Made by a program: the position numbers and the translations under genes | In this document: positions 15,190 to 22,416 of the stretch, piece after piece | How positions within the stretch are numbered: position 1 is the stretch's first letter | Layout of the letters: each line of letters starts with the position of its first letter | Source of the DNA: Dickeya dadantii NCPPB 898 | GTDB lineage: Bacteria > Pseudomonadota > Gammaproteobacteria > Enterobacterales > Enterobacteriaceae | Length of the DNA stretch: 32,000 nucleotides | Reading direction: 5' to 3' | Assembly: GCF_000406145.1 (NCBI RefSeq) | Contig: NZ_CM001976.1 | Location: 747,260-779,259, forward strand | The notes under the pieces: model-generated | Databases searched by the model: none | Told to the model about the DNA's origin: nothing | What the model saw: the letters and a program-made list of their open reading frames with translations, nothing else

Positions 15190-16794
15190 TCATGCCGGCG
15201 TCTTCGCCGCACCGGGCGGCGACGTTGGGTTCAGCACCGGGCGCGGCCGGATAAACCAGGCGGGCAATATCGCCAGAAAAAAGAACATCGCCACCATGAA
15301 AAAGCCATCCTGATAGGCGAACATCTGTGCTTTGGGCGCCAGCACCGACTCCAGATAGGTCATGATGCCGGGGTTGATGCTGGTACTAAGCGGGTCGCCG
15401 AGCGGATTGCCGCCGTGACCGAACAGCAGGCTGAGCTGGCGGATGGCGTCGGTGCTGCGGATATTGTCCAGCGTCAGCGACTGCGCCAACATCTGGCCGT
15501 GGAAGGTGGCGCGCCGTTCGATAAATACCGACAGCAGGTTGACCCCCATCGCGCCGCCCAACTGACGGACGAAATTGAGGCTGCCCGCGCCCTGCGCCAG
15601 TTGCGCGTGCGGCAGCGCCCGCAGCGCGCCGGCGTTCATGGCGGGCAGCATCACCCCGAGCCCGACGCGGCCGATGACAATCCACCAGGCCATGGTCCAG
15701 AACGGGGTATCGGTGTCCGCCGCGCTGGACAGCCAGCAGGACAGCCCGAACAGCAGCAGGCCCGCAATCACCAACTGGTGGGGTTTGAGCTTGTCGCTGA
15801 GCGACCCCGCCAGCGGAAATACCATGCCGAGCGCCAGCCCCGCCGGCATCAACAGCAGACCGGAGCGGGTAGGGGTGTATCCCTGAATGCTTTGCACGAA
15901 TAGCGGGATGATGTAAGTCGAGCCGTAGATACCCGCGCCCAGCGCGAACGCCACGATACAGCCGGAGGTAAACGCCGGGTTGGCGAACACCCGTAGGCTG
16001 AGCAGAGGATACGGCGTGGTGAATTCGCGGATGATGAACGCCAGCGTGGCGATCACGGCGGTGGTCAGCAGGCAGAGAATGAAGAACGACTCCCAGCCTT
16101 CGCGCTGCCCGTTGGACAGCCCGGCCAGCAGCGAGGTCAGCGCCGTCACCAGCAGAATAAATCCCAGGGTGTCGAAACGCCGGGGCGTGATGTCGGTCTG
16201 CGCACTTTTAGCCGGCAGGATCACCAGCGCGGCGGCGATCCCGGCCAGACAGAACGGCACCACCACCATGAAGACCGCGCGCCAGTCGAGCTGGTCGACC
16301 ATCAGCCCGCCGGCGGCCGGCCCCAATGCGGGCGCCAGCACCACCCCGACGCCGTAAATGCCCATCGCCTTGCCGCGTTCCGATACCGGAAACACCTGCG
16401 AGATAATGATCATCGCCAGCGGCTGGATCACGCCGCTGGCGCCGCCCTGGAGAATGCGGGCGAGGATCACCTCGGCGCTGCTCTGGCTGAAGGTGCCGAG
16501 CAGGCTGCCGGCGATGAACACCGCCAGTGAGCCGACATAGGTGGCGCGGTAGCCAAAGCGTTCCAGCGTCCAGGCGGTGATCAACATGGTGGCGGTCATG
16601 GAAGCCAGAAAGGCGGTGGACAGCCATTGCGCCTGATCCTGACCCATACCGAAGGTGCCCATAATGTCACGCATCGCCACATTGACGATGGTCGCCGTGG
16701 CCGTGGTGGCGATGGTACCCAGCATGATGGTGACCGTCGCCAGCCAGCGATAGTGGTGACCGAAGCGGGCGGCCTGGGCTTCAATCGGCGACAT
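15190..16794 (-). CDS. MFS DHA2-family (14-TMS) multidrug efflux permease, EmrB-like
   Basis: 534 aa. N-terminus ...WLATVTIMLGTIATTATATIVNVAMRDIMGTFG...QWLSTAFLASMTATMLITAW and overall length fit EmrB/QacA-type DHA2 pumps. The start overlaps the upstream MFP gene by 14 nt. Confidence 0.92.
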   Translation of the reverse strand: MSPIEAQAARFGHHYRWLATVTIMLGTIATTATATIVNVAMRDIMGTFGMGQDQAQWLSTAFLASMTATMLITAWTLERFGYRATYVGSLAVFIAGSLLGTFSQSSAEVILARILQGGASGVIQPLAMIIISQVFPVSERGKAMGIYGVGVVLAPALGPAAGGLMVDQLDWRAVFMVVVPFCLAGIAAALVILPAKSAQTDITPRRFDTLGFILLVTALTSLLAGLSNGQREGWESFFILCLLTTAVIATLAFIIREFTTPYPLLSLRVFANPAFTSGCIVAFALGAGIYGSTYIIPLFVQSIQGYTPTRSGLLLMPAGLALGMVFPLAGSLSDKLKPHQLVIAGLLLFGLSCWLSSAADTDTPFWTMAWWIVIGRVGLGVMLPAMNAGALRALPHAQLAQGAGSLNFVRQLGGAMGVNLLSVFIERRATFHGQMLAQSLTLDNIRSTDAIRQLSLLFGHGGNPLGDPLSTSINPGIMTYLESVLAPKAQMFAYQDGFFMVAMFFFLAILPAWFIRPRPVLNPTSPPGAAKTPA

Positions 16795-17917
16795 TGATGC
16801 TGACTTCCGCCATCAGGCCCGGTTTCAGACGGTTGTCCGGGCTGTCGTTTTCCGGATTGTCCAGCGCGATACGCACCGGCACGCGCTGGGTGATTTTGGT
16901 GAAGTTGCCGGACGGGTTCGGGCTCGGTAACAGCGCAAACTGGTTGGTGGCCGCATCGCCGACCCGGATCACATGGCCGCTAAAATGTTTGTCCGGGTAG
17001 GCGTCCACCTGAATATCTACTTTTTGGCCGACCCGCACCCGACCGATGGCGGTTTCCTTGATGTTGGCTTCGACCCACAGATTGCGCGGATCGTGGACCA
17101 GCATGATCCACTGTCCGGCCTGCACGTAACTGCCCACATTCACAATGGTGCGATCCACCACGCCATCCACCGGAGAACGCAACGCCCGGTCGGCGATTTC
17201 CTGTTTGAGCTGATCCACCTGCGCCTGTAATGCGATTCGCTGCTGGCGTTGCATCTCGATCTGTCGGTCCAACACCTGCAACGTGTTGCGCTGCGCCACG
17301 GTGTTGTTCAACGCCGCCTGCTGAGCGTGGCGCTGCGCTTCGGCTTCCCGCAATTCGCTCTGACGCTGTAGCAGTGTGGTGTGGGACTCATCCCAGGTTT
17401 TGCGGGCGGTCAGGTTGCTTTTCAGCAACTGATCGTCGCGCTGGAAGTTATTCTGCGCCAGGCTGAGTTGGTAGCCAGCATTGTTAACGGCGGAGTCGCT
17501 CGACGCCAGTTTCGCCCGCGCTTCATCCATCGAGGCCTGGGTGGTGAGATCGGTGACCTGACGCTGCGTCTGGCTGTAGCTGATTTGAGCATCGGCGGCG
17601 GCCAGATTGCCTTCCTGCTCCGCCAGCCGCAAACGGGCGTCGCGATCGTCGATCTGCGCCAGCAATTGATCTTTGTGGATGGCGTCGCCGTCAATAACGG
17701 GGCGGGCGGTCACCCAGCCGCTTTCCCGGCTGGCCAGCGAGATCACTTCGCCCATGACCCGGGCGTCGGTTTCGCCGATATGCGTGAAACGCTGATGAAA
17801 CCAGTATGCCAGCACGAGCACCGCCAGCAACAGCAAGGCGGCGCCTGCCAGCAAAAAGGTACGCTGGCGTTGGCTCATACGCCGGAACCCCGCCAGTTTG
17901 GATGCGTGGATATTCAT
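16781..17917 (-). CDS. HlyD-family membrane fusion protein, EmrA-like
   Basis: 378 aa with an N-terminal TM anchor, a long coiled-coil (Q/A/L-rich) region, and the C-terminal motif NLWVEANIKETAIGRVRVGQKV...FALLPSPNPSGNFTKITQRVPVRI, as in EmrA. Confidence 0.9.
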   Translation of the reverse strand: MNIHASKLAGFRRMSQRQRTFLLAGAALLLLAVLVLAYWFHQRFTHIGETDARVMGEVISLASRESGWVTARPVIDGDAIHKDQLLAQIDDRDARLRLAEQEGNLAAADAQISYSQTQRQVTDLTTQASMDEARAKLASSDSAVNNAGYQLSLAQNNFQRDDQLLKSNLTARKTWDESHTTLLQRQSELREAEAQRHAQQAALNNTVAQRNTLQVLDRQIEMQRQQRIALQAQVDQLKQEIADRALRSPVDGVVDRTIVNVGSYVQAGQWIMLVHDPRNLWVEANIKETAIGRVRVGQKVDIQVDAYPDKHFSGHVIRVGDAATNQFALLPSPNPSGNFTKITQRVPVRIALDNPENDSPDNRLKPGLMAEVSINVAD

Positions 17918-18369
17918 GAGTGACCGTTTTCGGTGCGGGAGAGATTGCTGATAACCTGATGGATGACCCGGCTGACCTGTTCGATATCCTGTTCCGATAC
18001 CCCGGCCAGCGCCTGATTACGTACCTGCCCGGCGATGGATTCCACCTTCTCCACCTGCTCAAGCCCGAGCGCGGTGAGATGAATCTCGCGAAAACGACGA
18101 TCGTTGCCTTCACGTCTTTCGATAAATCCCTGTTTTTGCAGACTATCCAGCACCCGCACTACCGCAGAAGCGTCCAGCCCCAGCGATTCGGCCAGCGCTT
18201 TCTGGTGGATGGGGGTGTCTTCGCGGGCGATGAATAGCAACGGCAGCCAGGTAGCCTGCGTCAATCCATACGGTTGCAATTCCCGGTCGATGACCCGGCG
18301 CCATAAGCGGGAGGTTTGACCCAACTGGAGGGCGAAGCGCCGACGAGCGGAAGATTCGGTCTGTGACAT
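17914..18369 (-). CDS. MarR-family transcriptional regulator, first gene of the efflux operon (EmrR/MprA-like role)
   Basis: 151 aa with a winged-HTH core LTQATWLPLLFIAREDTPIHQKALAESLGLDASAVVRVLDSLQKQGFIERRE..DRR. ATGA overlap with the MFP gene. Confidence 0.9.
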   Translation of the reverse strand: MSQTESSARRRFALQLGQTSRLWRRVIDRELQPYGLTQATWLPLLFIAREDTPIHQKALAESLGLDASAVVRVLDSLQKQGFIERREGNDRRFREIHLTALGLEQVEKVESIAGQVRNQALAGVSEQDIEQVSRVIHQVISNLSRTENGHS

Positions 18370-18398
18370 GATGAAATCCGTGGGATAGATGAAATGTT

Positions 18399-18420
18399 AT
18401 TAGTTAACAAGTCAACTAAT
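18399..18420. promoter_or_regulatory. Palindromic operator candidate in the marR-emrAB promoter region
   Basis: ATTAGTT-N8-AACTAAT (perfect 7-bp arms) overlaps two TTGACT hexamers on the minus strand, 30-50 bp upstream of the marR start. Confidence 0.4.
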
Positions 18421-18588
18421 GATAAGTCAATTGATTTTGTGAAGTGAATCATAAACAGCAGTGCAACGGACAGCTAATCTCAGTCACGTCTTTACATCAT
18501 CGTGTATGACGGGGCGGCAAGCTTGATGGGGAGAGATGCTCCGGCGGGATGACCGCGGGGGTATCAATCAACGTCATGGAAATAACTG

Positions 18589-20052
18589 TTAGGAAAGAGC
18601 GGCTTTCTGCACCAGCTGTGCAAGCGTACTCACAGCGCCAGGGATGACTTCTGCGTGGGTATTGCCGTAGCCGATGACGAGCCCGTTTTCTTTTGCTGTC
18701 GGTGCGATTGTGAACGTCGACAACGCATGCGCGGCGATTCCATGTGGCTGCGCGCTTGTGACGACCGTACGATCATCAACTTGTGGCGGCAACCTTAAGG
18801 TCAGATGCATCCCTGAGTGGCCTCCGAGAATTTGCGCCTGTGCGAAATGCTTCGTCAGCGCATCGCGCAGCACATGCTGGCGCTCACGGTAGAGACGTCG
18901 CATACGACCGAGGTGTCGTCCGAATTCGCCGCTGTTGATGAAGTCCGCAAGCGCAAGTTGTTCGAAGCGATGGCCGCCGCGCAGCAGTTCATGCAATGTG
19001 GATTGAGCCTGACTTATCACGCTGCGTGGAAGCACTACGAAGCCGATTCGCAGTGCCGGAAACATCGTCTTACTGAACGAACCGATGTAGAGAACCGGGG
19101 CATCGGGCACAAGTCCGTGCATACTCGCGATGGGCTCGCCAGCGTGGCGGAATTCGCTGTCGTAGCCGTCCTCAATTAACCACGCGCCCACGCGTTTTGC
19201 CTGTGCTATCAATTCCAACCGCCGTGCAATTGATAGCACGGCCCCAGTGGGATACTGATGAGCTGGCGATGTGTAGATGAGCGTCGGGGGATAGTTACGC
19301 CATGTTTCCGGAGGCACCGCCAGGCCGTCCTGGTCTACGCGAACCGGTATGGTTCGCAGATCGCCGGCATAAAATGCCGCCTTCGCGCCACGATAACCAG
19401 GGTCCTCGACCCATGCGATATCGCCGGGGTTCGTTAGCAGGGTGACGCATAGATTCAGGGCTTCCTGAGTCCCTTCGGTGATAACGACCTGTGAGCCGTC
19501 ACAGCGCACGCCGCGCGTGATGTGCAGATGTGCGGCGATCGCATCGCGCAATGCTGGCTCGCCAGCGGGTGTGCCGTATCCGAGCATCTGAGGTAATGCA
19601 CGCCCCGTTGCGCGCAGGAGCGAACGGCGCCATGCCGCCAGCGGGAAAAGATCAAGAGCCGGCATCCCAGGCAACAATAGCGCTTCGGGTGACGATTGCG
19701 GACGGATTTCTACAAATGGCGCTAGCCGTCGCGCCAACGACACGAGTTCCCACGCCGCATCTGGTTCCTGAGCATGGCTTGTATAGCTAGCTAACGAGGT
19801 CACGCGCGTGCCCTGTCGGTTGGCCAGCACATACCCTTCCGCCGCCAGATGATCGTACGCAATCACCACGGTGTTGCGTGACACGCCAAGTTCCTCGGCA
19901 AGTGCTCGTGAGGAGGGAAGCAGCGAGCCTGCCGGCAATCTTCCAGATAGGATCCCTTGCTGCAAACGCCCTATCAGCTGCTTTTGCAACGAAATGGGTT
20001 CGCCAGTCGGTGTGACTGCGCCAGGCTTTAAAGCACCGATGATGTTAATCAT
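18589..20052 (-). CDS. MocR/GabR/PdxR-type regulator: N-terminal GntR wHTH fused to a fold-type-I aminotransferase-like (PLP) domain
   Basis: 487 aa. The GntR HTH is LPSSRALAEELGVSRNTVVIAYDHLAAEGYV. The aminotransferase-like body includes the SFSKTMFPALRIGF motif carrying the PLP-binding lysine. Confidence 0.9.
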   Translation of the reverse strand: MINIIGALKPGAVTPTGEPISLQKQLIGRLQQGILSGRLPAGSLLPSSRALAEELGVSRNTVVIAYDHLAAEGYVLANRQGTRVTSLASYTSHAQEPDAAWELVSLARRLAPFVEIRPQSSPEALLLPGMPALDLFPLAAWRRSLLRATGRALPQMLGYGTPAGEPALRDAIAAHLHITRGVRCDGSQVVITEGTQEALNLCVTLLTNPGDIAWVEDPGYRGAKAAFYAGDLRTIPVRVDQDGLAVPPETWRNYPPTLIYTSPAHQYPTGAVLSIARRLELIAQAKRVGAWLIEDGYDSEFRHAGEPIASMHGLVPDAPVLYIGSFSKTMFPALRIGFVVLPRSVISQAQSTLHELLRGGHRFEQLALADFINSGEFGRHLGRMRRLYRERQHVLRDALTKHFAQAQILGGHSGMHLTLRLPPQVDDRTVVTSAQPHGIAAHALSTFTIAPTAKENGLVIGYGNTHAEVIPGAVSTLAQLVQKAALS

Positions 20053-20054
20053 GG

Positions 20055-20087
20055 TGTGGACCTAAAAAAGTGACGGTTTGTGGACCT
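20055..20087. promoter_or_regulatory. Two perfect 9-bp direct repeats TGTGGACCT spaced 24 bp apart in the MocR/GNAT divergent region; candidate MocR operator
   Basis: The copies are at 20055-20063 and 20079-20087. The first abuts the MocR start codon and RBS. An ATACCA / TGGTAA inverted pair follows at ~20094-20128. Confidence 0.4.
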
Positions 20088-20152
20088 TTTTAAGATACCA
20101 GCATTGCCTTATCTTGGTAACAACTCACGCCTTTCCAGAGCAAGGTAAGTAA

Positions 20153-20887
20153 ATGGTCGTTAGATTGAATGAGTACCAGCAGCCTATTGGTAACGCCCTG
20201 CCGGACTGGCAAGGCGCGCAGCCTCCCGGTGGCCAACCTCTTGTTGGCCGCTATTGCCGGCTCGAACGCGTTGATGCTGAACGCCATGCCGCCGATCTCT
20301 ATGACGCGTATAAGGACGCTCATGATTTACGTGATTGGACCTACCTCTTTGATGGCCCATTTGACACGTTCGAGGCTTATCGCATCTATTTAACCGCCGC
20401 CTCAACGTTAGCCGACCCAATGCATTATGCGGTGGTGGACCAGGTTAGCGGTAAGGCGGTCGGTACGCTTGCCCTCATGCGTATTGATGTGCCAAACGGT
20501 GTGATTGAGGTTGGCTATGTCACGTATTCTCAACGTATGAAACGCACGCGTTTGTCGACGGAGGCCATGTCGCTTCTGCTGAAGTACGTTTTTGAAGACC
20601 TTGGCTATCGCCGCTTTGAATGGAAATGCGATTCGCTAAACGCTCCCTCTCGAGCCGCTGCGTTGCGCTATGGCTTCACGTTCGAAGGGATTTTCCGTCA
20701 GGCAATTGTTACACATCAGCGCAACCGCGATACAGCGTGGCATTCAATCATTGACGGCGAATATCCCGCGTTGCGGGCGGCGTACGCGCAGTGGCTCGAT
20801 GAACATAATTTCGATGAAGAAGGCCGGCAGATTGAAAAACTCAAGGAGTTGATCATGAAGGAAGATTCGAGTCGTCGGCGCGGTTAG
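20153..20887 (+). CDS. GNAT-family N-acetyltransferase (RimJ/RimL-like, Acetyltransf_3 type)
   Basis: 244 aa. AAGG lies upstream of the ATG. The GNAT core is GVIEVGYVTYSQRMKRTRLSTEAMSLLLKYVFEDLGYRRFEWKCDSLNAPSRAAALRYGFTFEGIFR. Confidence 0.88.
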   Translation: MVVRLNEYQQPIGNALPDWQGAQPPGGQPLVGRYCRLERVDAERHAADLYDAYKDAHDLRDWTYLFDGPFDTFEAYRIYLTAASTLADPMHYAVVDQVSGKAVGTLALMRIDVPNGVIEVGYVTYSQRMKRTRLSTEAMSLLLKYVFEDLGYRRFEWKCDSLNAPSRAAALRYGFTFEGIFRQAIVTHQRNRDTAWHSIIDGEYPALRAAYAQWLDEHNFDEEGRQIEKLKELIMKEDSSRRRG

Positions 20888-21010
20888 CTGGGCCAACGCG
20901 AGCGTTGTTCAACACGTCGGCGTGTTGTCCTGCCACTCGACTTATTTAGGATATATCAATGATAGTCACGCGGAATGAAATTAGGTTACGCCAAGGAATC
21001 AACCATCAAC

Positions 21011-21042
21011 CAAAAACAAACAGGGCAGCTTACGCTGCCCTG
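21011..21042 (-). terminator. Rho-independent terminator of the L,D-transpeptidase gene
   Basis: On the minus strand, CAGGGCAGC-GTAA-GCTGCCCTG is followed by TTTGTTTTTGG. Confidence 0.75.
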
Positions 21043-21069
21043 TGAACAGGATGATAACCTGGGAATCGA

Positions 21070-22173
21070 TCAGGATTTGCTGGCGTCAGTCGCCGCAGCG
21101 GCTGCCGGCGCGGCATCGGTGATCGCCGGCTGGGCCTGAGGCGCCGCCGGTTGTGCATTATCCGGCGTTGCCGGCGTGTTGGTCTGCTGGATGACCGGCG
21201 CCTGCGGCGCCGCAGGTACGGCTGGTTCGATCGGCGCGACGTTTTCCGCCGGGCCGTTCACTTTCGTCGGCATACCGATACGATTTTGCAGTGCCTGATT
21301 CACCGTGCTTTCACTGACGCTGGCGTCCGCCAGCACCTTGGTCACCGCCGGGGTCAACTTCAGCGGAACCGGCGTGTCGGAGTTGAACTCTTCCTCGGTA
21401 CGGGACAGCGGGTTATGAACTTCGACATAACGTGAACCGTCCGGCTCCACGGTGGCTTTTACCGGCTCGTTGATGAACTGAACGCGGGTGCCGACCGGAA
21501 CATGGTCGAACAGGTACTTGATGTCTTTGTCGCGCAGACGCACGCAACCGTGGCTGACGCGCAGGCCGATGCCGAAGTTGGCGTTGGTGCCGTGGATGGC
21601 GTACAGGTTGCCGATGTAAAGCGCGTACAGCCCCATCGGGTTGTCCGGGCCGGCCGGGTAGACCTGAGGCAGGAATTCACCGCGGGCGGCGTATTCTGCG
21701 TGCATGGCGGCGGTCGGCGTCCAGGTCGGGCGCTCTTTCTTGCGTTGAACCGAAGTCACCCAATTGATCGGGGTGTCTTTACCGAGCTGGCCGATGCCGA
21801 TCGGCAACACCACCACGGTTTTGGAACCTTTCGGGTAGTAATACAGACGCATTTCGGCACTGTTGATCACAATGCCTTCGCGCGGTGCGTCAGGGAGAAT
21901 CAGTTGCTGCGGCACGGTCATGGTGCTTCCCGGTTTTGGCAGATAAACGTCAATGCCCGGGTTGGCTTCCAGCAGGTTGCTCAGGCCCATCTGGTACTGA
22001 GCGGCAAAGTGTTCCAGCGCATCGGTGCTATCGCTGGGAATAGTGACTTGGATATTTTCACCCACCAGCCGGCTATTCGGGGCTGGTAATGGATAAACCA
22101 CGGCGAGTGCTGTCTGGCTGAAAGCAGCCGCCGCCACAACTAGTGTCAGGATCGCGCGAATACTCATTTTCAT
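21070..22173 (-). CDS. Periplasmic L,D-transpeptidase (YkuD domain; ErfK/YbiS/YcfS family) with a C-terminal Pro/Ala/Gln-rich extension
   Basis: Signal peptide [24 protein letters not shown] and catalytic motif [13 protein letters not shown]. The N-terminal 39 codons of the ORF-track model (up to 22290) were rejected in favour of the signal-peptide start. Confidence 0.88.
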   Translation of the reverse strand: MKMSIRAILTLVVAAAAFSQTALAVVYPLPAPNSRLVGENIQVTIPSDSTDALEHFAAQYQMGLSNLLEANPGIDVYLPKPGSTMTVPQQLILPDAPREGIVINSAEMRLYYYPKGSKTVVVLPIGIGQLGKDTPINWVTSVQRKKERPTWTPTAAMHAEYAARGEFLPQVYPAGPDNPMGLYALYIGNLYAIHGTNANFGIGLRVSHGCVRLRDKDIKYLFDHVPVGTRVQFINEPVKATVEPDGSRYVEVHNPLSRTEEEFNSDTPVPLKLTPAVTKVLADASVSESTVNQALQNRIGMPTKVNGPAENVAPIEPAVPAAPQAPVIQQTNTPATPDNAQPAAPQAQPAITDAAPAAAAATDASKS

Positions 22174-22364
22174 ATCTTTGTTGAGTGTTAAAAGCCATTG
22201 CGGCAAAGGAATTGTTGTTATCCGGTACAATAAGTCCGGATGCGCATTATATGTGCAGAAGGGCGGCAGGAAAACCAGATGTACAATCAATTACATTATA
22301 AGCATCGGGCGTGGGGAAATTGGGCGACAAATAAAGGGAACGAACGGCATGGTCGGCACGTGCT

Positions 22365-22397
22365 GGAAAGAATCAGGGAGCGGTTTCCCGCTCCCTG
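22365..22397 (-). terminator. Stem-loop downstream of nifJ/ydbK (probable terminator)
   Basis: CAGGGAGCGG-TTTC-CCGCTCCCTG (perfect 10-bp stem) lies 20 nt after the stop. The downstream T-rich tract on the minus strand (ATTCTTTCC) is weak. Confidence 0.5.
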
Positions 22398-22416
22398 AGT
22401 GATCCGCGTGAGCGGG

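Noticed and set aside
14042-15313. 423-aa plus-strand ORF opposite the UxuB-like gene and the emrB 3' end
   Set aside because: Antisense shadow crossing an intergenic terminator, with no motifs.
20959-21045. 28-codon ORF (MIVTRNEIRLRQGINHQPKTNRAAYAAL) with AGGA 7 nt upstream, downstream of the GNAT gene
   Set aside because: It reads straight through the terminator hairpin of the convergent transpeptidase gene and is most likely fortuitous.
22174-22290. N-terminal 39-codon extension of the L,D-transpeptidase ORF (similar upstream extensions: 4221-4259, 6177-6191, 13135-13203, 31931-31960)
   Set aside because: The extensions lack SD sequences and would bury the signal peptide or conserved N-terminus. 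Internal starts with SD sequences and family-typical N-termini were preferred.
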